A stretch of DNA of 63,371 nt, counting the filler, from Cercozoa sp. M6MM (lineage: Eukaryota; Protista; Endomyxa: Ascetosporea), in the NCBI GenBank assembly GCA_040357565.1. It is 7 parts of 7 records of this genome, joined end to end, with 100 filler letters (N's around TTAATTAATTAA, not from the genome) between each part and the next. Parts side by side here need not be neighbours in the genome. Positions count along the whole stretch, not along the records: positions 1 to 16,382 come from JBDODJ010000288.1; 6 more parts are not named here. One strand, written 5' to 3'. The position numbers and the translations under genes are program-made. Position 1 is the stretch's first letter; every line of letters starts with the position of its first letter. Of the stretch, positions 1 through 11,804 are shown piece by piece. The notes under the pieces were generated by a model. The model was not told where the DNA came from and ran no database searches. It was given only the letters and a program-made list of their open reading frames with translations.

Positions 1-38
1 GGGGGGGGGGTAAAGGCGGCAAAAGATAGATAGAGGTA

Positions 39-918
39 CCTTGGCGCCGCAGAACTGCAGCACAGCGCGCGGATCGCAGCCCTGTCCAAACCGGCCAAAA
101 GAGACTCAAATTTCGGGGTACAAATGGACCGTCCAAATGTCCTAGAAACGTACCGGTCCCATTTGGTCCATTTTTGGCAAATCCTTCAGCGAGAACACAC
201 TCAGCGACAGTGCAGCGGCAGACGTGGCAATGTTCGGCGGCATCAGCACTTCGATCTGATTGTCGCCTTCGTCCTCCTCGAGTTCCTTCAGTCAACAGCG
301 CCAACTTAATACACCCCCACGCCCCCATCCCCCTAGTCCTCTGCCTACCTTGTCCGAGTGCGTGTGCTGCTCGTCGCCCGGACCCAGCACGACGACGGAG
401 CAGCGCAGGTAGCCCTACAAAGCAGGTACAATAAGGGTACGGGAAGGCAAGAAAGAGAAGGGCACCTGGATGCCGTCGTGCTTGCCGGTGGAGTCGGTGA
501 GTGCAACCCACTGGCGGTACAGCTCGTGGTGCTTGCGGTAGTACACCTGCGACACGTCGATCACGTAGCTGCCTGTGTGCACACACATACACAAACATAT
601 ATACATATATATATATAGGGATATATATCAGCTGTATGTCTCTTACTCAAGGTATACATACATCTATATATACATAAAGACAGGGATTGTACCGATCATT
701 CGATCGCGACGTAGCGTGCTCGAATCACGCACATTGATCCTCACGGCCTGTAAGTCAGAACAAACCAGAAAGGGTGAAACAGAAAGGGAAAGACTAAGTG
801 AAAAAGGCTACAGCTAGGTCGATCTCGCGTGCCTGCATGTTCTGCAATTCGAACGACAGAATCTCGTCGTACACGGCGTTGAGACACTCCTTCTGCTCAC
901 GAGAGACCACACACACAC

Positions 919-956
<38 letters not shown>

Positions 957-1291
957 TATATAGATATGCAAAATGCACCTTGACGGCCGTGTGACGCTTC
1001 TGGCCACACACTTCGACTTGCACCACCGGGTCCGACATGCCATTTGCCTATCAGCGTGGGATAGGGTAGGGTACATGGGCAGTGAGAGAGAAAGCTACAT
1101 CGCGCGACTTGAGGTCACGTGCCTCAATAATATGCACATGCACGACGTAGTCACCTACACTGTAGACATCCACGCACAGCGGACAAGTTATCAAACACAA
1201 AAAAACAGACCATCGCGGAGCTCTTTACGCCGCGGCTCGAGCGCCGTCGTCAGTTTCCCCACCGCCTGCATCGGACGCACCGACTCTCACT
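39..1291 (-). CDS. Ferlin-like multi-C2-domain protein (partial; start uncertain, runs off window start)
   Basis: Spliced exons read GDYVVHVHIIEARDLKSRD-ANGMSDPVVQVEVCGQKRHTAVK-KECLNAVYDEILSF...IGSYVIDVSQVY...HELYRQWVALTD...GYLRCSVVVLGPGD...LSVFSLKDLPKMD. This is the tandem C2 pattern of ferlins; GT-AG introns. Confidence 0.8.
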
Positions 1292-1448
1292 AGGAAAAAC
1301 GTGTTCCACGGTGTGTCTGTACTAACAGTTAGCGAGCGGACGCAGTAAGAACCTGTGTTGCGTCTTCTGTGTCCTATATTGCAGACTGATTGGGCTGGAT
1401 GATCGCTGAGTCAAGGTATTTTGATCGATCTTCTTGTGCACTTTGATT

Positions 1449-1528
1449 AAGTTAGTTGAGTCTGATGGGAAACCATCTAAGTAGTTCCCCTCCACTGGGG
1501 TGGGTCACAAGAGCATGATAGTGTCTAC
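1449..1528 (-). mobile_element. Short retroposon (SINE-like or 5'-truncated LINE end), copy 1
   Basis: Similar to 5227-5308 and 52903-53010. Flanked by a 14-bp direct repeat, tgtgcactttgatt (1435-1448) / tgtgcacattgatt (1529-1542). AACT-type tail on the minus strand. Confidence 0.7.
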
Positions 1529-1820
1529 TGTGCACATTGATTCTCTGAAAACTGAATCAGCTTCGTTTGCAGCAGTATCACGCTGGCGAAACCGCCTTCC
1601 GGACGACAGTGATATCAGTCACCTGGACAAAAGGACACAATGAAAAACCCAGTTAAGTACAGAGAGCACACCTTAGAGGGCCGGCTCAGCAAAGTAAGCG
1701 GAGACGAGACGTGTCACCAGTGTCAAATACCGGTGCTGTAATTTTTTGTTTAAATGAATGAGTTTGCAGTACAAGCCAGCCCATCAATTCTCGAGTCAGC
1801 TCAGCTACTGAATCACGTCG

Positions 1821-2961
1821 TTACTCAGCCGTCGCGGCGCGCGTGGACAGCGCCTCGATGCCGGGCAGCTGCTTGCCCTCGAGAAGCTCGAGTGAGGCGC
1901 CACCGCCCGTCGACACGTGCGAGACCTTGTCTGCACAGAGTGTCAGATGGGGGTATACAGAGGGATATCGCGCAAGCGCACCATCAACGCCGAAGAGTTT
2001 CGCAGCACTGGCAGTGTCACCGCCGCCAATCACGGTGAACGTGCCCTTCTCTGCGGGAGCAGCAACAAGAGGATGCAGGCACGAGGAGGATAAGCGTAAA
2101 AGAGAGCTACCCTGCGTGGCAGCAGCGACGGCCTCCAGCACGCTCTTGGTAGCCTGTGCAAAGGCCGGGAACTCAAACACACCGAGTGGGCCGTTCCACA
2201 CGACGGTGCCGGCCTTGCCGACGACCTCGGCGACCAGCGCGGCCGTCTTGGGACCGCAGTCGAGGCCCATGGCACCCTCCGGGACGCCCTGCTCGACATC
2301 GAAGGTGCCAACAACGACAGCACCCTCGCCGAACTTGTCGGCGCACACAATGTCCTGAGGCAGAGAAGGAAGGTAACGAGGAAGTCTAGAGTGGAAAGAC
2401 CGAGTCAAGAAAACGAAACTACCACAGGCAGGTGGATCTTGACGCCCTTCTCTTGCGCCTTGGCCATCAGTTGCGGCACCTAACAGAACGAGCAGAGTTA
2501 ACTTGTCAACAAATGCACCGAACTGGTTGAATGAGTTACCAAAGCAGCACCCTCCTCGTCAAAGAGCGAGTTGCCGATCGGCGTGTTGTACACAACCTTC
2601 AGGAACGTGAAAGCCATGCCACCGCCGACCTGAAGCATCCATGCTTTGGTGTATGCGTGTGTGTCAAGCATGCGGGTTTAATCAAATACCACAAGTTCGT
2701 CGACCGAGTCCAGCATGCGCTCGATCAGCTGGATCTTGTCGCTCACCTTGGCACCGCCGAGGATCGACACGAACGGACGCGCCGGGTTCTCCAGCACAGC
2801 ACCGAACGCACTGCAAAAGAAACACTTCACATGCAGCTGTTGTTGCATGCGAAAAGGCAGAAGCTCACGTGAGTTCCTTCTGCATCAGAGCGCCGGCAGC
2901 ACGCACCAGATCGACGCCCACCACACTCGAGTGCGCACGGTGCGCCTGCAGCAAGGACATC

Positions 2962-3009
<48 letters not shown>

Positions 3010-3019
3010 NNNNNNNNNN

Positions 3020-3067
<48 letters not shown>

Positions 3068-3967
3068 GCGATGAAAGCAAAGCTCGATCTACCGTGCCAA
3101 AGGCATCAAAAACAAAAACGTCACCAAGCGAACTCAGTTTGGAACGGAATTCGGCCACCTTGGAGGCCTCGGCCTTCACCTGTGCAAGTGCTCTTCTTTA
3201 GCTTCAGCTTTTCTTTTTTTTTTGCCTTTTAACTTGCGATCGCACCTTGTTGCCATCAGCATCAACGCCCTTGCCTTCTTCCTCCACATGGAATCGCAGG
3301 TTCTCCAGGAGCAGCACAGTGCCAGGGGCAGGAGCTGTCAATTTGACACACAGATCAAATTTTGGAGAAACGCTTCTCTCAAAATCCAGCATTTTCGACG
3401 AAATAAATCATAAACGAACCAGCACACGCCTGGATGGCGTCGTCACCAACAACAGACGGCACAAACTTCACCTAAGCAACACAAACAGAACATGGAACAG
3501 ACCAAATGAAGGGAGAGACGAGAATGTGAGTGGGACCTCTTTGTTGAGCAGTTGCGACAGGCACGCAGCGACCGGTCGCAGCGACATCGACGGCACCACA
3601 CGGCCCTATTGCCGTTGTCGAACGAAACTGAGTGAACGTGACAGCTGAAGGTACCTTGGGACGGCCCAGGTGCGAGATGAGAGCGACACTATTGGCACCA
3701 CGTTGGAAGAGATCGTTGATCGTAGCAACAGTCGCGGCCACACGACGGTTGTCCGCAATAGAACCGTCCTGGAAGAAACTAGGCTCCTTTTCATGGCGAA
3801 ACAAACTCAGAACCTACCTTGTTGAGAGGGACGTTGTAGTCGGCGCGCATCAGAACGCGCTTTCCGGCGACATTCTGCGTTCATACAAATTAATGGCTAT
3901 TTCAGGCTTGCATTTGTTTGTAAAATCGAACCAAGTCCTTGTAGCTCAGCTTGCTAGTCAGAGACAT
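1821..3967 (-). CDS. PGK: Phosphoglycerate kinase
   Basis: [107 protein letters not shown]; multiple GT-AG introns; TAA stop at 1821-1823. Confidence 0.98.
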
Positions 3968-4168
3968 CTTTGTTGGGACACAAACGTGCAACAGAAAGAA
4001 AAGCAGGAATCATCTCACGACCTGCACGTGCATCGGCTCAATTGTATTTTTCGACTCGAAAGAGCCGAGTGTATACCGTTTGTTTAACGAGAATACACAG
4101 CGAACAAGCACCTTGGCGAGGCACTTTAACAGACTTGCAGTAGTTTGTTTTTAGTCACTAGTCTCAAG

Positions 4169-5056
4169 ATGGCAGAGGTCGCTGAACAGAAATTATCGAA
4201 ACGCGACTTGGCGTCGCTGTTCGCGGGTTCGTTTGTGGTTCTTGACTTGCTTGCTGTGGTCGAAAGCAGTCTCTGGTTGGCTGCGCAGGCATTGAGAGCG
4301 AGGACGATGAGAGCGAGGACGAGCAGCTGCAGCTGCAGCAACTCGCGAGTGCCAGCGACAGTGCGAGTACGACGCGGCGAAACGCGTTGGACCCGCGTGT
4401 GTCAGATGCCTTGCTGGCAGGAGGTGTCTTTTCTCTCACACACCTTTGCTTTGAAACACCAGTGTGATCTTTGAGGGGGTGCAGTGCAAGGCGAGCAGAA
4501 GTGGAAGCAGGAGCAGGAGCGCAGGCGGAAGGAGGAGGCCAAGGCGGCGCAGGACAGCGACACTGAGGACATTGACTGCAAGTCGCGCTCGCTCAGGAGC
4601 AAGAAAAGAACCACAAGTGCCTACGATGAAATGATGGCTTCGTTGCTGGGCTCTGCCATGCAGAAGGAGGTGCGCTACGTGTTTGTGTGAATGCACGCTG
4701 ACTTGCAGTGCTCTGAATTAATGTCTGGCTCGCCTGCACAGGGCGCTGTCACCAAGGCGCAGAAGAAGCGACAGCGACAGAAGCGTCAACGCGAGCGACA
4801 ACGACAACAACAACAACAACAACAACAAAAACAAGAACAATCACAAGAGAGCAATGACGCCCCACAGGAGCAGGAGGAACAAAGCGAGGATTTTGGCTTT
4901 GATCTCTTTGCTCCCGGCACTGTTGCCGAAGCTGACTCCACTCGACAACAAGCACCTGAGCAGAATAATGCCGACGGTTCTCAGGAGCAAGCTGAACAGC
5001 CCAAGCGGAAAAAGAGAAAGCGCAAAAACAAGAAGAGCAAAAAGGCGTCAAAGTGA
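4169..5056 (+). CDS. Hypothetical low-complexity Q/E/K-rich protein with basic NLS-like C-terminus
   Basis: Spliceable ORF MAEVAEQKLSKRDLASLFA...poly-Q...PKRKKRKRKNKKSKKASK*; three GT-AG introns. Confidence 0.6.
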
Positions 5057-5226
5057 CTGCTATTTTGTCAGCGAGGAGTGGCCGTGGCGTGGATTCGGAG
5101 CTCGTGTTACTGCGGCACAATGGCCGAATCAGTATTGGTAAAATCACTCGGCCTCGAGAACGTTTTGAGTAATACACTCAAATTACTCTGACCTTTTTGA
5201 GCACTAAACGCACTCTAACCCACCCC

Positions 5227-5308
5227 GGCCATGCTCTTGTGACCCATCCCGGACTGGTGCAGGGGAACTACTTAGTTGGTTTCCTAGAAGACTCAACTAA
5301 CTAACTAC
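5227..5308 (+). mobile_element. Short retroposon family, copy 2, with (AACT)n tail
   Basis: ggccatgctcttgtgacccatcccggactggtgcaggggaactacttagttggtttcctagaagactcaactaactaact; reverse-complement match to copies 1 and 3. Confidence 0.7.
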
Positions 5309-5889
5309 TGGCTGGAGCAATGTCAGTATTGTGAGTAACGTGAGCAACTGACTTGACGATCCCGAGACTTTGGAACAGGAATTATGACATTGGGAAAGCT
5401 CGTTTATCAATATAGGAATTCTCTCAACATGAAAAACTGCATGCACACTACTGCACTTAGTAAGGGTACCTGAAAAACTCGGAGGTAGCCTACTGCGTTT
5501 AGACGTCTTTTGTACACTACTCCTTACAAAACAGAATGACCTGTAACCCCGAGAACCAGGGTACGGCGTAATTACGCAGCGTGTTTAGTTTCATTTTGAC
5601 AATCATAAACAGCCTGCGTACCGACTACTCCGCAGCTTCCGCAGCGCAGCCATTGCGCAATCGTATCGTTGCAATTTTAGTTGGCTACGATTCCGATCCA
5701 ATCCGATCCCATCGGTCAAAAATATGGCGTCCGCTGGTATTCAATTGTAGTCATAAGAACAACGAAGACGTCTCACTAGATACTGTTCCATTCCCCCTAC
5801 GGGAAGTTGGCACTACAGACAGCTACCGTATGTCAAATGGGGGGCGAATTGAATGTTGATGAACATTTGCAACGCCGTCTTCAGACGCT

Positions 5890-6592
5890 CGGATGCTGAG
5901 TATTGTCAGTACCTGGCACATCGAGAGACCCAGCATCAGGCAGCCCGTGTGCGACCACTGCACAGACGCACCTCCGAGCGACGAGCCTGTGGAACTCCAG
6001 AAAGCCGAGGCCAACTATGACGATCATTGCTGATGACTTGAAGGACGAGGATCCCACCGAGTTCTCCGTCCCTTGGCTAGAACCAGAGGCTGTTCGGTAC
6101 TTCCACTTTTGCTGCGCACACACGACAGTCGGGTGGTCGTGTACTTAGGGTGCTGTCATTATGCCTGGCTCGATCGTTGAGGTCGCTCATGACTCGCTTG
6201 CGAGAGTAAAACAACTCGGGAAAGTAGGCAACGATCGGATCCTGACTGTGCAAGCTTGCCGACAGGATCAACTCCAGGTTCCGTCAAAAACCAAACCAAT
6301 ACAGTTTCACAACCTTTTCGTTGTCACCGGTGTAATCGCCGTCACGACTCCTGCAATGCGAAAGTGTCGCGGACGCGCCGACCTGCTCACTCTCGACGAC
6401 TCCACGATCGCCACTGTCGTCTTCAGCAAATATGCTGCTGGTCAAATTCCAGACTACAGTACACAGTGGGTTAAATCCCATACTGCCATGTGTGCGCTGG
6501 TGTGTATATCCTATCCAGCCAAAATCTATACTGTGGTATCAACTGCTGCGCTACATACTCTATACCACAAGGTGTGGTGCAGTAGGAGATAA
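5890..6592 (+). pseudogene. Cargo gene fragment inside TIR element, unknown product
   Basis: ORFs 5903-6148 and 6161-6592 can be joined by a GT-AG intron; no family recognised. Confidence 0.35.
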
Positions 6593-7117
6593 GTGAATTA
6601 GAAAAGTTATCTTCACAGTAACGACAGATGGTCGACCAATCGACCGCAGTGTGTGTTTAGTCAAGCGACAGACGCTTGTTGCGATGCATGTGGACACGTA
6701 CTCGGCAGGACGGCGCGCACGCACGTCGAACAGGCGGCGCTGGGCCGCGACCGGCGCGTACGCCGTGGCGTCAATGTTCAGGCGAACGGCGCCGTTGCCA
6801 TCGGCGCGCTCGTCCACGCGTGTGCCGCAGTGGGCAGCGGTGTGCGCCACTCGTGCCAGCGCCAGCATCGTCATGCCGATGAGCGGCATCGCTCGCGCGA
6901 GCCGCATTTGCACCACTCGCAGTGCCTGCACATCGTCGGGCAGCGCAGCGAACGTGATTGCGTTGCTCTCATGGGCCGTCATCGCGTGCAGCTCGAGCTG
7001 CAACACGGACGTGTCGCGCGCCAGGCGAGGCACGATTTGCCCGCGGCGCAGGCCCTCGGCACCCACGCCGAGCCACATCCGTTCACGGCAGCCAGCATGC
7101 GTGCCATCCCCTTGCAC
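6560..7117 (-). pseudogene. GC-rich cargo coding fragment, unknown product
   Basis: 185-aa open frame (LQLELHAMTAHESNAITFAALPDDVQALRVVQMRLARAM) in a locally GC-rich patch. Confidence 0.35.
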
Positions 7118-7370
7118 TGCGGAATAGTCACAGTACCACCGTCACTGCGGTGGCGAACGACGGCGCGCATCCGTCGCAGGCACCCCCGTGCGTGCTCCTC
7201 TCCCTCGAGGGTGCCTGCACGTCGCGCTCGAACCGCCTCGCGCAGGCACCGAAACGCCGCAAACTGACCGAACATCACATGCATGGATGCCACCAGATAA
7301 TCCTATCCACAGTACCACATATGCCGGCAGCGTGTCCTCCTCGGCCGGGGGCGAGGGAGAGAGGACCTAG

Positions 7371-7570
7371 TCGAGCAGGCGGGGGTCGGTTTCGTTCACC
7401 GCCACCCCCGCGAGCTCGACCAGGAACTCCCTGAGCTCGGCCGCCGACTCGACCGAGTCGACCTATAGCCACCGCATATGCACACCACAGAACACATGGA
7501 GGCAACCCGTACACTCGGGTAGTCGAGTGCGTCGACCGCGTGCTCGAGGCCACGCTGCCTCCTGCGCTCT
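7371..7570 (-). pseudogene. Cargo 3' gene fragment with intron
   Basis: RGLEHAVDALDYPS, GT-AG intron, then VDSVESAAELREFLVELAGVAVNETDPRLLD*. Confidence 0.4.
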
Positions 7571-7959
7571 AATGGCACAAACGGGGTCGCAACAAACGCA
7601 CACGCAAAAAACAAAATCACAAAAAAAAAAAATCACAAAAACACACGGCAAAAAAATCACAAAAAAAAAACAACAAGACAGGAAACAACCTTCATCATGT
7701 ACCTCGTTGCCTCCGTAGTGGAAAACCCATTTCATATTGCTTTACGTTGAAGCGCAGCATCGTTAGCTGTCCGCGCGCTGCTGCGCGGATGCGGGTCTCG
7801 ATGCTTGTCATCTGTTCACATGCGGTGAATGAGTGCCAGGCGCTTGCCCATTAATGCCCAATGCCAAGTGAAAGCGAAACAGAAGAAAAGCTGGCGCTAG
7901 CCAGTGCATCTTTGCGTAACTAACTGACTCCCCTTTAAAAAAACAAAACCGTTCTCTGT

Positions 7960-10023
7960 GTTCCAATTGCCAGCGTCACTCACCTGCAAGTGCCTGGGAA
8001 AGCCTTGTTCAACAAGACTTGTACCCATGTGCTGAAGCTCGTTGTTGGCCCAGGTAAGCGTATCACTCTTGCAAAACATCTGAGTTTTTTTTTATTTGCT
8101 GTCGTTTTGCGAGGGCACCTGCAGGGCAGGCAGCTTATCCAGCGTTTTGTCTACAGAAATGGGAGGAAATGAAGCAGGTGCTGGAGATGCAGTTGAATTC
8201 GCCATTGGCAGGATACCTAGTATCTGCAGCCTATTCTATGAGCTACGGCGACGTCTCCGGACGACGCATCACGGTGCCGGTTTGATTAAATTTATCCATG
8301 TCGTGATTCTTGCAACTTGGTAGCTTTTTCTTATTGTTTGGATTTGCCTGCTGTCATCTATATTGCACGCAAGATGATGAAGCGAGGGTTTGCTTTAAAC
8401 GCACTGCTCGTGGAAGCCTGATGTTCGTGCTCGGGTTGCGTTGCGAAAGCCATGTTCGCAGCGAACTCGTAACGCAGCTCCAGGTGCCAGCAGCCGCATT
8501 TGGTGGTACGATTCTCACGTATTCCTTTCAGCCAGTTATTTTGCTGGTTTTGGTTTTTCAGATTGGGGAGGTCGCCCACCGGTGGCACCGCCAGAGAACG
8601 ACACGGTTGCCGCGCCTGCTGCGCTTGCTGCGGTCGGTGCGGCCGCTGTCCCAGTCGTTGCCGATGCAGTCGACGCTCCTGCCGTTGTCGATGCTGCCAT
8701 TGCTCCTGTCGGTGCCGAAGCCGACGAAAATGACGCCGCCGAAGCCGGCGAAAATGACGCTGCCGAAGTCGATGCAAATGACGCTGCCGAAGACGAAGCT
8801 GACACTGCCGATGACAACGATACGGCCATTCTGAGACATGAGGTAAAAGCTTATTTGATTCTTTTCAAGCATGTGCCAGCGAACAGTCACCTGGGTCAAG
8901 GTCTCGTACGGTGCTCAGAGCAACGCGTTTTCGGCTCCATCTGTCGCAGGTGTTTTTTCATGCATATCCTGTTTCCAGTGATGTTGACAGCACTGTTTCA
9001 CAATGCAGCGACTTTGTTCAGCGTGTGTTCGAGGAGCCAGCAACGCGGACGGTGTTTTTTGGCAGGAGCTTGGGATCGGAGCAGCAAAGTGGTTGTCAAA
9101 ATCGTTTCGGGGGTCACAGAGTACTTTGTCCTTGTACTGTCAATGCTTTTTCGAAATTTTACAGTATCCGCAGAACGTTAGGTCATGTCCGCGTGGTCGA
9201 CAAATGAAGTAACGTTTTCCGACGAGTCTGTGTCGCTGGGTTTAAGCATTGGCGAGTTGGGAACTCGTTTTTGCAAACACGACACTGCGACCGAGTCATT
9301 GGTAAATCGTATGTACACGAAGCTTGCACTCATTTCACCATTACTGTAGAAAGTCTGCGGCTGCAACGCGAAGCAAGCCGCCGCTGCTCAAACCAAGTCG
9401 CTTGCCAACCAAATAAAGCTACTTTACTTGGCCCCATTCAAGATGGACGCAGTCAGCTGGCGGTACCGAATTTCCTCTGCTTAAGCGTGAAGTATGCAGA
9501 AAATTTATGCATGTGTCAACTAGGACGCTTCGTCGCGTGCTACATACTCGAGCTCGTTTTCTCTGTGCTCGATGTGTTGGACGGCTCGAACCGCGCCTCG
9601 GATGTCCGTAGCACGGTGAAGGAGCTTGTCACTGCTGGTTTGGTAAATTACGTTCGACTTTGCTACTGGTCTTTTACTGCACTTGTGGCTTTACAGATGC
9701 CCGTGTTTGACATCATGAAGAGCGATGCGTACTTTAATTCATTTGTCTTGTTGCCAGATTGTAAGACATTTTTGTTGTACAATAGCTTTGTTGCCGACTT
9801 GCGCGAACGTTTAGATTTCGACCCAGCCGTGCGTCGTTCTGACGCAAGGCTGCCCCCCCCCCGCGAAACGCGCTCGCTCTTCGCGCAAGAAGCGACGTTA
9901 ATGTACAAGGTACATCTGTCTTTAATTTCTTTTGTGCCCACTATATCTGTGTCTTGCAATATTGGTCCATGTTGTGTACAGCCGGCTGCTGCAGATACCG
10001 TAAACTGCGTAATGTGCGCATAA
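7960..10023 (+). pseudogene. Multi-exon cargo gene with Ala/Asp/Glu-rich repeat region, apparently disrupted
   Basis: Series of GT-AG-bounded exons including ENDAAEAGENDAAEVDANDAAEDE; in-frame TAG near 9179; last exon runs into the subterminal repeats. Confidence 0.5.
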
Positions 10024-10235
10024 TCGGTGCGTAATGTGCGCATAATCGGTGCGTAATGTCCGCGGAATCGGTGCGTAATTTGTGCAGAATTTTGACGTAA
10101 TTCATGCATAATCTTGACGTAATTCATGCGTAATCTTGACGTAATTCATGCATAATCGCCAGTCATATTTATGCGTAATTACGGCGTAATTACGCCAGAA
10201 TTACGCCCACCCATAATTACGTCGTAATTACGCTA
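10005..10235. repeat. Subterminal tandem repeats of TIR element
   Basis: (taatgtgcgcataatcggtgcg)n, (taattcatgcataatcttgacg)n and repeated palindromic CGTAATTACG. Confidence 0.9.
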
Positions 10236-10633
10236 CCCTGGTTCTCGGGGTAACAGCTTTCGGTCCACAACTCAAATTCCGGTTGCTACGTCAAGGCTCT
10301 TGTTCGGACGTCTGCCATTCCTTGTTGGAGCTATCCTGTACCTTCACCTACTTTCGATTCAGTACCTTCACCTCGCAGCAACAGTATACTGTACCTTAAA
10401 TGAAAGAAAGGCACAAAAAACGTCTTACGTAAGAGACTTTGGAAACCGCACGGTTGGTAGACTGGCGAACTTGAAGGGCATTTTCAGCTACAGGGCGGCC
10501 TGCAGTAGGCATGGTTTTGCCGCTGTACAAAAAACAAGTGCAAAAACGGCAACCGAGGACGCAAGCACAGCTGAATTTTCTTCTCTGCTTCCGCATTAGC
10601 TTTTAATTCCAGCAATTGACATAATTTCAACAC

Positions 10634-10788
10634 ATCTACAGCAGCCGCGGCTGTACACACATGGACCAGTTTGCAAGACACAGATAAAGTGGACACAAAA
10701 GGAATTAAAGACAGATGTATCTTGTACATTAACGCCGCTTCTTGCGCGAAGAGCGAGCGCGTTTCGCGGGGGGGGGGGGCAGCACTTG
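10634..10788 (-). repeat. Inverted ~150-bp copy of 9845-9996
   Basis: High-identity reverse complement of an exon-intron-exon piece of the cargo gene; its donor GT reads AT in this copy. Confidence 0.9.
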
Positions 10789-11095
10789 GATCATCTCATC
10801 TCCCCAGCAAAATAACACCACCCCTCATGAAGGCAACGCCTGTATCTGAATATGCCCACATACTGAACTATAATTTGGCACACACGGACGCTTGATTAAA
10901 TTGCTTAAAACGCAGTGTCATATTAAGCAAATGCAGGCTATCGATCGTTCAAGAAACCGTGCGGAATGTTCTCACGCCACGCGTTCGTTCACTCATTCTG
11001 TCTTTTTTGTTTTTGCAAAAGTCCACGCGTTCGTTCACTCATTACAGTCCGAGAAATGCTTGAACGAGCACTTTTGCAGTAATCACCCTTGTAGA

Positions 11096-11753
11096 ATGGC
11101 ACGGCAGGAGACTGATATCGAGGTTGCAAACCGCGTGCTTGCCAGTGCCGAACCGGAAAATGCAGACATGGCGAGATTGCGTGATGTCGTCGCAGGTTTT
11201 ACAGAGACGATCGAATTCGACCGTGACGTGAACCTCGAATTTCTGTGCCAACTCGCACTCCTCAAAATCGCCTGTGGGCCTGCTCAATGCTTCAAGGACG
11301 CGACACAGGAAGAACAGCGCCAGATCAGAAACTTGCTGGTACATGTGCGAACCCTGTTTAAAAGACACTTTTGATCTATTCGGGTGGTGCTTGTGAAAGA
11401 CTCACTGGGAAGTTGATCGAAATTCAACCTTGCCGAATCTCGAAACCGCCCGAAAGCTCCTTCGCTTCGCAAGCGCCACGCGTCACAACCCCTCTTGGGA
11501 TGGAAAGGTGTTGCAAGGTTATCGGCGCTTCATTGACGCTTTGCAACATGCCACCAGCGTGATGACGGCACAACACATCAGTCGGACCGAAAGGCTTGAG
11601 TTTTTGCTGCAGGTGGTAAGATAAGTTGATCTCGTCCACTTTCTAGTCCACTTCCTGTACAGATCCGAAAGGCGACCGCTTTGAACACCAAAGTGGCGCG
11701 GGAAGTGGTCGGTCTGTGCTTATGTTTCGTACGTATATATATATATATATATT

Positions 11754-11804
<51 letters not shown>

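Larger units (their letters stand above)
5547..10250. mobile_element. 4.7-kb TIR DNA element (CCCC...GGGG ends, TAA target-site duplication), non-autonomous or Pack-type
   Basis: Left end CCCCGAGAACCAGGGTAcggCGTAATTACG at 5547. Right end CGTAATTACGcTACCCTGGTTCTCGGGG ending at 10250. TAA at 5544-5546 and 10251-10253. Subterminal repeats inside the right end. Confidence 0.85.

Noticed and set aside
120-175. Inverted repeat aaatggacc/ggtccattt
   Set aside because: Overlaps a ferlin exon (PKMDQMGP) and its intron; too short to call an element.
1460-1480. ctgatgggaaac as a hammerhead ribozyme core
   Set aside because: No CUGANGA/GAAA with proper stems, and not conserved in the other two copies.
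2641-3201. HTHT/CVCV/YIYI ORFs in the ORF track
   Set aside because: Translations of microsatellites and antisense shadows of real genes.
7370-7420. Strong hairpin gtcgagc..gcgggggt/acccccgc..gctcgac as an ncRNA
   Set aside because: Also reads as a spliced terminal exon on the minus strand in GC-rich sequence; no independent RNA evidence.
9175-9185. In-frame TAG suggesting codon reassignment
   Set aside because: TAG, TAA and TGA all end conserved genes here (TrpRS/CLN3, PGK/ELF1, PES1) and I saw no internal stops in their exons; decay is the simpler explanation.
10005-10235. Repeat array as CRISPR
   Set aside because: Tandem units without unique spacers, eukaryotic context, adjacent to a TIR.
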